Part shown: positions 10,501-23,200 of the stretch, piece after piece
Numbering within the stretch: position 1 is the first letter of the stretch
Layout of the letters: each line of letters begins with the position of its first letter
Assembly: GCA_905178155.1 (NCBI GenBank)
Contig: CAJINV010000007.1
Span: forward strand, 4,490,258-4,554,257
DNA length: 64,000 nt
From: Amoebophrya sp. A120
Taxonomy: Eukaryota; Protista; Dinoflagellata
Direction of reading: 5' to 3'
The notes under the pieces: generated by a model
Database searches by the model: none
What the model was told of the DNA's origin: nothing
What the model saw: only the letters and a program-made list of their open reading frames with translations
Position numbers and translations under genes: made by a program

Positions 10501-13500
10501 TGCGAACAACTCCGGATAGGCCAGTAACTCCTGTCGCCAGCTATCCGTTGGGCCACCCGGCTCCGCAACGATCATGAGAGTCGTGTCGATACAGTACGCA
10601 CCTGTCGCGATCGCGTCGGGAAACCCGTCTGGCGGCTTCCGGAGCCGATCTGCCACCGGGGGAAGAGACAGGATCAGGTAATACGTCCCTTCCGGCAAGG
10701 CGTTCGACGTGAACAGCAATCTCCGCCCGCGCTTCCGACTCGCCCGACCGTATTCCAGACCGTTGGCGTCCTCGATGACCAGCTCGATCGGCACCATGGG
10801 TGGATCGAGCGACAGCTCAAACCGGACCCGCACCCCCTGCGGGCTGTTGACCATGAAGGGTTCGCGAAGCAGCTCGTCCCCGATGATTTGCGCATTGCCA
10901 CTCTGCCCGCTCCCGCCCAGCAAGTCGATGGGCAGAAAAGCGCGGATCAGGTGGCGCAGCAAGTGTCTGGATTCCGTCGATCCGTCCAGCTGCTCCCCCA
11001 CGACTGGACTCAAGCCGCTCGAGGTCTGACTCGCAACCGGCGTGCCCTCGGACAGCGACTTGATGAGCGCCAGCGCCTCCTTCACGCCTTCCTCGAACTT
11101 GGCCAGTTCCGACTCCTTCGTCAGACTGTTCGACTGTCCGTTCACGACGATCCGCGTGTCCTTCCACGGGCACAGCGGCAGCATCTCCAGCTTCGCGGCG
11201 AAAATGTGCAAATTCACGTTGATGCAGGCCGCCTCCAGCGCCATCACCTCGGGGCGGAGCCGGATTCGCAGGCGGTCCCCCCCGGACTGCGACCAAAAGG
11301 AGAACAGCTGCTCGCGGTCCGACCGCCCCGACGGGCCGGTTGGCGTGCCGTACCCCCCGACGGCGAGGGAGCGCTCGAACGTCACCAAGTGTCCGTCCGC
11401 CCGGCCGAAGGCGACCAGCAGACCGTGCTCGCGGCTCCCTAGCGGCACGTCGATCTCCGCCTCGATCACGTCTGGGCTCGCTCCAGCCGAAGAGGACGAC
11501 AGGCTGCTGAAGGTGGAAGAACTGGTTTTCGAAAAGAAAAAGTCCCCGTCCAAAAAACCGGGTCCCCCGCCCTGCGTGTAGGAGACGCCGAGGGGGAGTT
11601 CCGGCGCGAGCAGATTGCACTTCGCGACGTTTTGCAAGGCCACGTTGGCGATGTCCAGACTGTAGGGCGCACAGTACTGTTTGTCCTGCAACACGTTTTG
11701 AAACGGGACGTAGATGATCTGCACCATGCAGCTCTCGCACTTCAGCAGCTCCAGGAACCCGAAATCTTGGTCCATGGGGGACGCAATGGGGATCCCGACC
11801 TTCGCCTGCTTCCCCGGCGTGGTCCAGATCCCGACCACCAGGCCGGCCATCAGGAAGTCCGACTGGATGCCGAGTCGCAGCAGCGTGTTCTTCACGGGTT
11901 CCTCCCGCACCGGGTGCCCGATCCCGTTGAAGTGGTTCCCCACCATGAAGCTCTTCGCCGCGTTCCCCGTTTTGTGCGTCAGCGTTACCGTGGAATCCAT
12001 CCAGTTCGGGGAAAAGCTGTCCGTCACCTTCCTCGACACCTCCTCTTGCAGCAGCCCCGCACCGTCCGGCTGGTCCGACGAGCACGCCCGCGCGTCGTCC
12101 CAGACGACCATCGAGACGGGCGAAACTTGCAGCCGGATCTTCACCGATTTGCACGTGTAGAGCCCGCCGATGGGCAGGAAGGGCGTTTTCACGCGGATCA
12201 GGTACCTGCCCGGCGTCCGGATCTCCGCTGCCAGCATGCGCTGCCGGTTTCCGAAGGGCAGAATCACCGCCTCCACGGGCGGGAAGGTCTCCGTGTCGAT
12301 GTCGGTAACGGCCCCGTCGTCCTCGTCGGAAACAAGTTTGACCAAATCTGCGGTGACGAGCCCAACCGCGCCGGATTCGGGCGCGACGTAGAGGCGCGCG
12401 AGGGACTTGTCCTTGATGTGGAGTCGAATGTAGTGCAGGGTGTGGGAGATCTCAAAAACGTCGTTGATGCGGATCGACTTGCCAACCGACTCGGAAACCT
12501 CCGTGTAGTCGCTCGGCCAGTTGTGCGTCGCGTCGCACGTGATGGGGACGTCGCCCAAGTACAGCGGGACGTGCTCGATGTCGTCCACCGCCAGGTCGTC
12601 CAGGCTGGCCTGGTGAAATTTGGTCTGTACGGAGTTCCCCGCGCCCCCGCTGTCGGAGCCGCTCGAGGACGAACGGGAGAGTTTGAAGTTCTCCGCAAAC
12701 GCGCCCAGCCAGTGGCCGCCCGCGCCGTGCCAGTGCTGGTTCAGCTGCTCCGCGGTTTGGTGGGTCCGCATGGCGGAAAACTCGAAGAACATCTGAAGTG
12801 GTTGTTGAAACGTAGTATACGTCAAGTTGTTGTGCACTCAATAAACATTTGTCATTTTATTTCAAGAACTGAAAACTTCAATTTTCAAACACCGTGTTTG
12901 CCATTCCAGGGTAAAGAGCAAGACGCCACCTCATAAAATAAAAATAAATAGAAATACCCTAAAAACCCTGCCGTTTAGACCGTTGCTTTGTCCGAAGTCG
13001 GTGACGGGAGTGGGGTTCTGCAGGTACTGCCGCAACGCATTCCCGATGCAGTCGTCGTTGGCTTTGAGCTTCGGGTCGTTGCTCGTCAAGTCGCTGTTTC
13101 CCGGTAACGCGGTCTTCGCGAACTGGACTCGGTTTTCGGTGCCCGAGACGTCAAAATCCACGTGCACGAGAATGTGCAGAGTGGCAAAATTGTCCGAGTT
13201 CGAATCTTGCGTGCCGGGAAAACTGGAAAGGGCGCGCTCCAAGGGAATGAAATGGAAATTTTCTAGTAGGTTTCTATTTCGAAGAAGCGTATCTATTTCG
13301 CATTAATTTCTTTCTTATTCTTTCCTTATTCTTTCTATCTACTTCTACACCAAAATAATTTCACGATCATCTTGCAGCTAGAAGCCAGTTGCTTGTTTTC
13401 GTTTGTGCAGTCAGACATGCCAAAAAGATGCGATGATGAGGGCCCTTGCGACGAATCTTCACCTCAATCCTTACTCTTTAATACGTGCATGATTCTATCC

Positions 13501-15555
13501 ACAAAAACCTCTACCAAATTTCCATTCGATATGTAGTTGGCCTGATTCGATCATGGTTCCGCTAACCCCGTCCACGTGGTTCTCGCCCCAGGGCATGTCC
13601 TTCCCGCGCAAGAGGGCCAGCCGGTAGTGAATCCCCGGCGTCAGGGATTCCACCTTCGCGTGCAGCAACGTGACGCCACTCGCCAGTTCCCAGTTGATGT
13701 AGTGCAGCGACATCCAATTCTGCGACTTGGCCTTTTCCGCGTTCCGCGGCGCGGATTTTTTGAAGTAATTGTCGTCTACCAGGTGCGCAATGTCCCAGTG
13801 GTAGTAATTCCGCAACACGCGTTTTTTCAAATTATTGTTCCCGCCCTCGCCCTCTAAGCGCATCACGTTCATGCCCTCCGCCACGATGTCGTGGTCCACT
13901 TTGTCCAGAAACGGCTCGCCCGCGGCGCCCGTTGCCGGCGGAAGGGAACTTCCGGCGCTGGCAATCTTTGTGAAGTCGTAGTCCGCGGACCCGCACATCG
14001 TTTGCCTGGTGAAAAAGCTCAGGCTCCCCGGGACGGTGTATTGCGGGAAGGGGATTCCCACGCTGGGCTGCAGCGCCGACCAACACCGCAAGTCGAGCCG
14101 GATCGGAATGCACTCCAGCCCGCTGTTCCAGGTGAAAACCTGCGCGGGCGGTTGGAACACGAGCGCGGTCGTACCGAGAAGTCTGCTCTCCAGTTGCCCG
14201 TTCCCGTTGGGATCGTTGTTGCTGTTGGCGGAAAAAGGCGAAGAAGAGACACCTCCGGCGTTGGAAGCGGGTGGGGACAGTTCCAGACCGATCATCTCGC
14301 ACCTTCTGTAGGGTCCGTTCGCGCCGAGCTCAAATTCGCACTTCCGTATTCTTCCGGTCTGCACCTGCCCATTCACGACCTGATCCGACGTTTGGAACCA
14401 CGGCAGCTGGTCCGTTCCCTCCACCGCCATATTGCACACCGTCTTCAGCTGCAGCTCCTGGGTCGACGTTTGCCCATCTCCGCCTGTTGTACTTGTACCT
14501 CCACCACCCGAGAGATCCACACTCACGTGCGAGTTTGCTTTCTGCAGCACGACGCGATTGTTCATCTCGGGCGCGAACCCAAACAGGCCGGTGTGCGTAA
14601 AATAGCCCGTTTTGTCCACTGCTGGGATGACGGGCGGCAGCTCGGACCACTTGCAGCCAAGCGACTCGTGCAGCGGCTTTTGGTTCGCCGGATTCCTGCC
14701 GCTGCCGTCCTGCGAAAAGTCGCTGGCGTCGGAAGACCCACCATTGAACCGCTGCAGGATGGAAAAGGGGTTCAGTGGGGACGTTTTAGTACCCATTTCG
14801 GTCGCCGGGTGGGGGGTTGCGAAAAACATCACGAAAAGCGTCATCAGACGCAGGGTGGTTATGTGTGATATAAAGGTCGTTAGTCGTCCGGAGTAGTTTT
14901 TACAGTTTGATGTTATAGTTGGCCTCCGCCTCTGCGGTGGTGATGGTAGTACTCTTTTTAGTTCAGATCTTCTGCTGGCAGAAAGAGAATTTTTTACCGC
15001 GTGAAGACGCCGAGAGCATCGGAGCCCCTTGATGTCTGGTGGTGGTTCCTTCTTCCTCCGTCGCCCAGAACGATTTTCTCGTGCGGGTAATGATCTTCCT
15101 CGATGCACCTGCAGATGAAGTAGACTAATACTTTTACCTGGTGGACAACATGGTGCCTGTGTCGGTATACTTGTTCTATCGATGAGCGCCTCTTGCTCAG
15201 TGTCAGTTTCGCGGTGGATGTGGTGGTCCAGAGCAGACCTCCACCGGTAAAGCAAAGCAGCAGGGACTCCGACGCGAAGCCGCCCGACCGTACCCCGGTA
15301 GCACGCTCGCATCTTTCGACGGACTTTTTTCCAAAAAGTGTAAAGAGCCTTTGTCTTCGCCCTTCGTCGTCGTTGCAAATAAGCGTCACTGCATTTCGAA
15401 TCGTGCGACGAACGCATCGCTGTGCTTCCAGAGGAGGGTTGCAATGGTGCGGAAGGACTCGCACCGACCAAACGATCGAACTCCTGTGACGACTCAGCAG
15501 GACGCATCCGCGACGTCCCGCCTCCTCGCACAGTGGAATCTTCTGAAACGGCCAT
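7568..15555 (-). CDS. Very large multi-exon unknown protein, probably extracellular with repeated Cys-containing beta-rich modules; exons approx. 15555(or 14844)-13530, 13247-12957, 12837-10423, 10301-9567, 9355-9313, 9028-7568
   Basis: Chain of long minus ORFs (686, 103, 831, 333, 508 aa) separated by short AT-richer gaps. Hydrophobic MTLFVMFFA segment at ~14844. Recurring C-xx-hydrophobic-x-L-x-L motifs. Confidence 0.7.
9029..9307. mobile_element. Introner, family A (279 bp)
   Basis: Perfect 32-bp TIR (9029-9060 / 9276-9307). TSD acacg at 9024-9028 and 9308-9312. Removing element plus one TSD gives in-frame IEGVWMAEQ. No GT-AG register. Confidence 0.92.
9356..9566. mobile_element. Introner, family B (211 bp)
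   Basis: ~33-bp TIR tatcRcaMgaaaaaagtgttacagttacacatt. TSD ggcca/cgcca (one mismatch). Removal gives SDLAQASV. Homologous to 61218-61431. Confidence 0.9.
13246..13530. other. Probable decayed introner / non-canonical intron
   Basis: Inverted aatggaaattt / aaatttccatt ends (imperfect to ~24 bp) between two coding ORFs. No clean TSD or GT-AG. Confidence 0.45.
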
Positions 15556-17200
15556 CGTGGTCAGTACCCTACCCGAACCTGAGTAGATCTTCAGGTTAGA
15601 TAATCGAGGTGGCAGAAGAACGAGGCGTCACGAGCGGCGACGAGCGGCATCTCGCTACTGTGCCGACGACGCTTCTTTTCATTCTCTCGGACCCCTGCGC
15701 CGGACACGCAACAAAACTGTTGCTACTCAGTAATTTTGTCCATGTTATCATGCTGGAAAAAGTTTAGGGTTGAGGGTCCAGCTGCTTTTATTCCTGATAT
15801 CATACACCTACACCCTCGGCTACTGTAGAATTAGATAAGTCACGCTGTCGGCTGTCACTTCAGCGATTACAATAGTACTGTAACGGGTTGTTGTTGTATC
15901 ATACACAGAACTGCCTAAGATTCGTATTAATCATTTCTGGAAAGAAATCAAACACCACAACTACTTCTTCTTGTACTTGTTACTCGCTCGACGACACTTC
16001 ACTCTGTTACTAAACCTATTCACTTGCTCTAGCCCTGCTTCTGTACCAAGTGATTTTCATTGATACTCCTTCGCTTTATCCGTGGTCCACGGCTGGACCT
16101 ATTTCAGTCATCTTCCAGAATGCAAGACCACGAGGAGCCTCCATTCTTGAAGATAAATGTCTGCAATGAACATTTTCTCAATTTTTTCTTTTTCAGATTT
16201 AACATGGTGCGAGTGAGAGTGTGACTTGGTTGCGTCTCGTTTGTGGCTCTCAAATAAGCCAAGCAAGCAGGAGCTTCTCAAGATCGGGGATCTTCCTTCC
16301 CAAATGCACCATCTCAACTTCCTCTCAGGTGGATGCGTTTGCGAATTCATTGTCCTTTTTGTTCTTTCAGTGCGGACGGTGTGTGAAGGTGATCAAGAAC
16401 AATTCAGATAAACTACACAATTTCTTTTTGAGAGATTCGATTTAAACAATGGCCAGCCAAAAATATTGCAGCAAACACACGGACAGTTGCTACCGATTTT
16501 TATAGGGCACCTGAATTAATTTCGAGCACTCAGTGCGTCTTCGTTCTTTCTCACAAACAAAACAATAGTTGCTATTTCATACTACACATAGTGATTGGTG
16601 GTGGAATGCAATGCTGTGCTACCTGTTCAACTTTGAATGCTTTCTTGCTGTACAAAAATTACTCCGTTTTTTGTCGTTCTTGGACGTCAATGCGACGAAC
16701 AAGAACTCTCGCTACTATAATGGAAGTGCGCGAAAAACAAATTTGAATAATCTTCTTCAAAACAAAAATGACACGGCAATTCTCAAATAATGATCTCTTT
16801 TTCTAGAATTTTGTCGAAACATACTGAACAAAACAGATTTGCCCACTCAACGAACTCTACTGGGTGAATGCATGTGTGAAATACTGGAGGAAGCAAGGAA
16901 ATGGATAAAGATGAAAAAGCGACTTCTTACTCTTCGAGGATATAAAGTACTTTGATAATGTCGTAGAGCTGTGCAAAAACAAAGGTATTCATTGTGTCTC
17001 AAAAGTAGTCAACTCAAAAACTAAAAAACAATAACAATTTACATTTAGCGGATCGATTGGATGGTCGTATTTCGAGGTACTCTGCAGAGTGCTACTTGTT
17101 ATTCTTATTTGATTTAGCTTAAAGCACATCTCCAACAAAAGTGTCGCTGTCAAAAGTCTGCATCTGCTGTATGCAACTTACGTTTCTTAAAGTGAACTAC

Positions 17201-20200
17201 TTAACAACAGTTAGAGCCAGCATCCGCCTTGGCGCCAGGAACTGTTTGCATATTGTTCGTGGGGGTGGCTGCAGCAGGAGCAAGCTGACCTGCCACAAAA
17301 TGCGAGTTCGCAACTGGTGCCGCGACCCCGGGTCCAACCGCCACCAGAAGGCCACCTCCAGCATGATGCTGCTGCTGCCCCAGTCCTGCCTGCTGCTGTT
17401 GCTGCCCCAGTCCAGCAGCGCCGGCACCAAGAGGAGGTTGGCCCGCCCCTGCTGGTTGTACAGCCTGGCTCTGGCCGATTGTGGCCTGCATCAAAGCAAA
17501 TTCGGCATCGCCAAGCACCACCCGGCGGTACCCCGGGTTCATCTTGTCTGCTGCGGACTGGATCATTGTCCCATCAGGGGGGCGCGTCACAATTGCCATT
17601 CCGTCGGTGATCACCGTCATTGACAGATCCGTGTTGGACAGAGCGAAAGTCTCGTACATTTCGGACAGGAAGATCGGCTTGACGCCGCTGGCGCTACACG
17701 CGTGGGGCCGGATGTTGATCGGCGCGACGCCCTTCAGGCCTTGGTATATCCCCAGGTGGTCCGCCACAGAGTCGGCATTTTCGAACCCGGCCTCCACCAA
17801 TGTTCCCTGACTGGCCAATTTCTCCTTGGTATCCACCAGCTTCTCCAGGTTCGCATTGGCTGCAGTTGGCGGAGGCGCGGTAACACCACCTGGTGAGAGT
17901 AGTTAACTTAAGATTGCCGCGGCTAAGCTGATTTCCTGGGGCGGGAATTCAGCGTACAACTTTTTTCTTTTAACTTTAAAAGAAAAAAGTTGTACGCTGA
18001 ATTCCCAAAGCTAAAACTAGAAAATCAGCGTACAGCTGCTGCTACTCTGCCAGCACTATACTGGAATAGTAAACCGATTACGATTAGCTCACCGAGGCAG
18101 GACGAGCACATCCACGGCGGCAGCAAAGAAATGATGCCCTTGGCTAGTCTTTTACTTTTTACTATTTGTCCGCAACAACATTAAAGGCAACCTTGGAAGA
18201 AGCGCGGAGATCTACGCAGCGACGGCTGCGCGTCAGTCTACTTTCGTTCCCGGAACGAGCGGGGCGCGGTGCCGCGGAGGGGAGTGTCTCTTTTGTTTCT
18301 TCCATGTTTTTTTGCCCACCCGCAATCGAAGAGAGACCAAGGAGTCGAAAAACAAAAGCAGAGAAGCTGGCTCGCCAACGTGCAAGCAGCAAGGCGACGC
18401 GGAGTTAGGGCGCGACGTCCGCTCACCTCTACCGACCGGAACCCGGTCGAGCCGGACGTGGTCTACTAGTGCGGGAACTTTAAACTAATCGCAGAAAATC
18501 AGACTCTTCACTAATCTAGTCTGATGAAGATGAAGTGCCTGACGCGCTATTGTTGACTGGAGATAGAAGGGTGCATGCATCGGTATCGTTTACTTATCAA
18601 AATACAGGCTGAGAAGCAAGTCCAAGCGAAAATTAATAAAGAAGATGCTGATACAAGGCCTCTGACTCAATATTGGTATATTAGCTGTTCACTATTCATA
18701 TACGTGAAGCTATACCGTAGATCTTCATGGCCTCCGCTCTTCCGAACTTTTTAACGACAACCTGCTTCGCCTCCTGGATCGTCTGGCGCGAAACCGCAAC
18801 CAAATCCGGACGCTTGTCTTGGTCCTCGGTGTCATCAGCCTTTGAATTCCGATTCCGCAGCAGCTTCGAGCCCCGCTGCCTGGTTTTGTCCTCTGCTGTG
18901 TTCGCTGCCCGTTCTGACCCTTCGCACTCGCCGAACTTTTCGCTGGTGCGAAGGTGCGGACAGAAAAACGCGACGAGGACGACCGTTCCAGCTGCTGCGC
19001 GACCGCCTTCAAATCCAATCCCCCTTGCTTCTTCTGCAGGCACGGCGACGCTAGAAATCGTCTTAGGACCAGCAGCCTTCTCTTGCTCTTGCACAGGATA
19101 GACTCGATGGAGCTGCAGTAATTGCTGACCCTCAGAAAATTGCTCCTGCACGAGGCGGTCCCAGACCTCCCCCATTCCCCCCAGGAGGCCCGCGGCCGGC
19201 GCTGCCGGTGCGGATGTAACTCTGTACACCGTTACTTCCCTGTCGGTGTGCATCGAGGCGCTGATGGCATTACCGATGACTTCATACGCGGCCTGCTCCC
19301 CCTGGGCTTCCAAGCCCTGCGGCAGCGAAAGAATAACGTACACCCATGGGGCGGTTTTGGGCTGCCCTATGTATCCCTTGGCGCGCGGGTCGAGGAGCCC
19401 GATGTCCAGGGTGCAAGCGGGAAAAAAACCGTGACTGACGCCGCCAACGCCGCGCAATCGCAGGTCTTCGCAGGAATACGAGTACGACGCACATGCAAGG
19501 GCAATTTCCGTTTCCCTGTCGTAATCCACATCCCCGCCAGTTGTCAGCCCCCATCCGCCCGCGCCGCATCTGTCTGATCCCATGTCGCCTTCTGGCGGTG
19601 CCGAACCACCTAGTTGTAGATCCGGCACCGTGAATTTCGTAATGTGCTTGCCCGTGTTCTGGCTGGGAAGCCACCACTCCTGGTACTGTTGACCCAGGCT
19701 GCGTGCGGGAACCAGTGGGCGCTCCTTGATCCACTCCCCTTTGTGGGTGTCCGGATCGTGCGACGGCTCACAATGTTCCCCCGTGGTTTTCGTTATCAGT
19801 TGCGGATACTCCACACTGGGCTGTCGCGGCAGCCTCCCCTTCACAAGGCAGTTCCCTGCGAAATTTCCGTCCTTCGAAAAGGCGTACGTGGGGCCGAAGA
19901 TGTGATGCGGCGCCGGATCGCCCGAGAGGCCGAAAAACAGAAAAGAGTTGTCCTGGTTTTGCACCATGCTGCCAGCTGATTGCCCCGCAAGCAAGAGCGC
20001 ATTTTGCCGCCAGAGCGTGAGAATTCGTGCGAAGTACTCGGGTGCGTCCCGGACTTCGGCCATCAGGTCAAACACATTTCCGCCCCCGACGTAGTACATC
20101 ATCCTCCCCGCCTTGACATCTGGAAACAGATCCTTGGCCATGACGCGTTCATCCAATGTCTGGTCGGAGTTGGGGTTGGCGATTGAAGTTCCGCTCGGAA

Positions 20201-23200
20201 TCGCCCGCACCTGACCAGCCTTGTTTGCAATTGTCCAATCTGGAGCGATAAAAGTGCTGCCTCTCTTCAAAGGCACCTCAATCCGGAGCCCATGGCGGAC
20301 CAAATCGACATAAAATACTGCGTTGTCTGCCGTCAGAAAATGGTTTTTGTACTTGGGCAAAAGCCGTATGGAGTCCGTGAATTGCCGTAGCGAGTTCGCC
20401 ACGTGCGTTCTGAAGGCCGGCGTCATGACGCATTCGGCAATGGTAACAAGTGACATCCGCTTGTTTCGTCGCTGGCATGCCTCCGGTCTCCGAAGCATAC
20501 TGAGCTTCGCGTCCGCGTTCATAATGAAAGTGAAGGGCCCGCTAAATTCGGGCTGCGCTGGCTGGCTTTCGAACTCGTAGAAAAGATTCGCAAAGGCAAG
20601 CTGCAGGCCCCCGTTGTCGATGAGCGTGGACAAAAAAAAACCGTATCCGTACTGTGGCGGCGGCGAGGTAATGGTGGGCGAGAACGCGCTGCGGCCTGCC
20701 CCCATGTTGGCCGTTGAGACATCGAGTGCAAGCATACACATTGCGTACGCGCGCGGCACCACGTTGTCGTCGCCGGGATACGCCCGGCTAGCGCGCTCTC
20801 CTGCCGGGAGGCATCCCGCCTCCAACGGGTCCGGTGGCGTGGAGGCAACGCGGCTGGGAATCGTCCCGGGAGGTTGACCGGAGAGAAGCTCTCGCACCCG
20901 GCCCAGCTCCGGGACGTGCAGCACACTCCCATCTCCCCTGGGGATGCACACCACAGACAGGGCGAACACGGAAGCGACGCGCGCCGCGCCCCCCGGTTCC
21001 AAAGGCGGGGCAGGCTTCTCCGGGCACATGAACTCCATTGCCTCGAAAACGGTGCCGTCACCCCCGCGGTACGTGTGCCCCGGCACGCCCTCCGGGCTCT
21101 TCTCCTTCTGGATGTCCCGCGCGAACATCTCACAAGTGGCCTGGTGGACGGGTGGCGACTGCGTTCCCCCTCCTGCAGAAGGGGTTGCGAGTGGCCGGAC
21201 GAAGAAATTTTTCTGCGCCGTTGTGAGCACCGGCGCGCAGTAGTCCTCCGGTCCTGGGCTGACGCATTGCCATTTCACACCGCCCCCATCGGCGCCACAC
21301 ACCTTGCACCCCGCGACCCGGCAGGCCTTCTTCGCGATTTTCAACGTTTTTTCTGAGTCCGGCTCCACACCCTGCGCGGGCGCTGCAACACCCCCTGCGC
21401 CTCCGCCCATGCGATTGCGACCATATTCTGCCGCCAGTCGGTCGTAAACTTCGGCGAACTTGCCGGCGTCGCACGCGTCGTCAGGCGCTGTGATGCTGCG
21501 CGAGTGGTCGGCGAAGACTTTCTTGCCTGGTGTCCGTTCGCGTTCGTGTTCGAGTGACTCCGTCCCCGGTTGCATGCTGCCAGCTGCCAGCACGTCAGCT
21601 TGCTTTTTCATTTTCTCGCCGACGAGCAGAAGTTCCGTGTCTCCGAGAATCACCCGAGACCGGCCTGGTTCGGATTGCGCTGAATCAGCATGCGGCGGGG
21701 CCGTCACGACGGCCATGCCATCAGTGATGGCGGTCATGTCCATCGCAGTGTTGTGGTGCAGAAACGAGCCATACATGAGGGACTCATAAATTGGCTTTGG
21801 GGATTCCGCGCTGCAGAGGTGCGGCCGAATGTTGAAATGAAGGCCCCGCAGGCCTTGATACATACCGGCCCCATCATCACCAGGTGCATACACTTCGACG
21901 CCGCCTGGATCATTTTGGTTCAACAAAAATCATTGACATGCCGGAACCGAAACCGATGACCAGATCAAAAACGCAAGGCAACAAGTCCTTGCTAACTTTG
22001 CCTGCTTCATTGCTTCTCGACAAAAGGCAGGCCCCCGGGCCATGGCGCCACACCCGATTGCTGGCCGCGCGCGGCGCGGAACGAAGCAACAGCAACAGGT
22101 ACTCGGTCAAGCGCTGCGTGTTATAACCAGCAAGACTACAACACTCGCTCCACGTAGTTGTTGTTTTGGGAAAATATTTAGGGGTTGCACAGTAAAAAAT
22201 AGGGTTGCTAATTTTGACCTCGTCTATGCTGTAGTCAGCCCTCGATACCACTGGTTCATGTTCGTGGCCCAAATGGCAGGGGGCCCCTGCGAATGGGCTT
22301 CGCACAAGCAGAAGGGCGTGCCGACAGGGAGACCCGGCATGGAACAAAAGCAGCCCTCGTTGCCTGTCACAATGCATGGTGATGCCACAACCCTGCTACA
22401 CAGATATTTCTAAAGAGTGAAACTGAAACCAACGTACCCCAATCAGAAAAATAAAGTCAGGCCGCGAGTAAAAGTAGCCCGTCCGACCCGAATAGAAGCC
22501 CGCGAATATTGCAAGCGCCGCTCCTTCCAAGCAGCAAATGGCCAGCGCCCTGGCCGCCAGAGGGGCGGCACGAAAATAGTTACAGGCAATACGAACTACA
22601 CAGCTCCTCAAAAGCAGGCGTCATGATGATGTGAAAAACTCACACTTAGTACCATAGACTTGATAATTCGGCACGCCCCTGACTTCTTCTACCCTGCCTC
22701 CTCCAGTGTCAAATTGGGAAACTCTGGGCAGGGCGTCCCTTCCCCCAATGTCACGCCAAACCTGCGCGACCGATTGCCGCGAAAAGGGCACCAGGTCTGG
22801 ACTTACATCTTCGTTGCCATTTTTCTGCGTTGGGTCACGCAGGAGCTTCGAGCCACGCACGCGCAACTCTGCCGTCGACGAGTGCTCGTCTTGTGCTCGC
22901 TTGGCCCGTTCTGCGTTCGCACATTCCCCTTTCTTGTATTTCTCCGAATCCCGGGTGTGCGCGCAATAAAACGCAACTAACACAACTCGTCCACTGAGGA
23001 CAACGTCACTGTGGAGCTCGACGGCCTCCTTGCCTTCCACCAGAATGCCGTGAATCCGCTTGTGCGAAGGAGTTTGTTCGCCCTGCTTGGCGGGCTTCAT
23101 CGGTTTGCCAACGAACTGGTCGTCCTCGGGTTTCTCGTGTTCGGAAACAAGGTGTAGCGTGACCTCCAGCGCGCATACAAATGAAAACGCAAGCCGCGAA

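Noticed and set aside
21910-22611. ORFs 21910-22377 and 22396-22611 as extra exons of the peptidase-like gene
   Set aside because: A single GT-AG intron 21905-22652 gives a junction matching the paralogous unit, so they are not needed.
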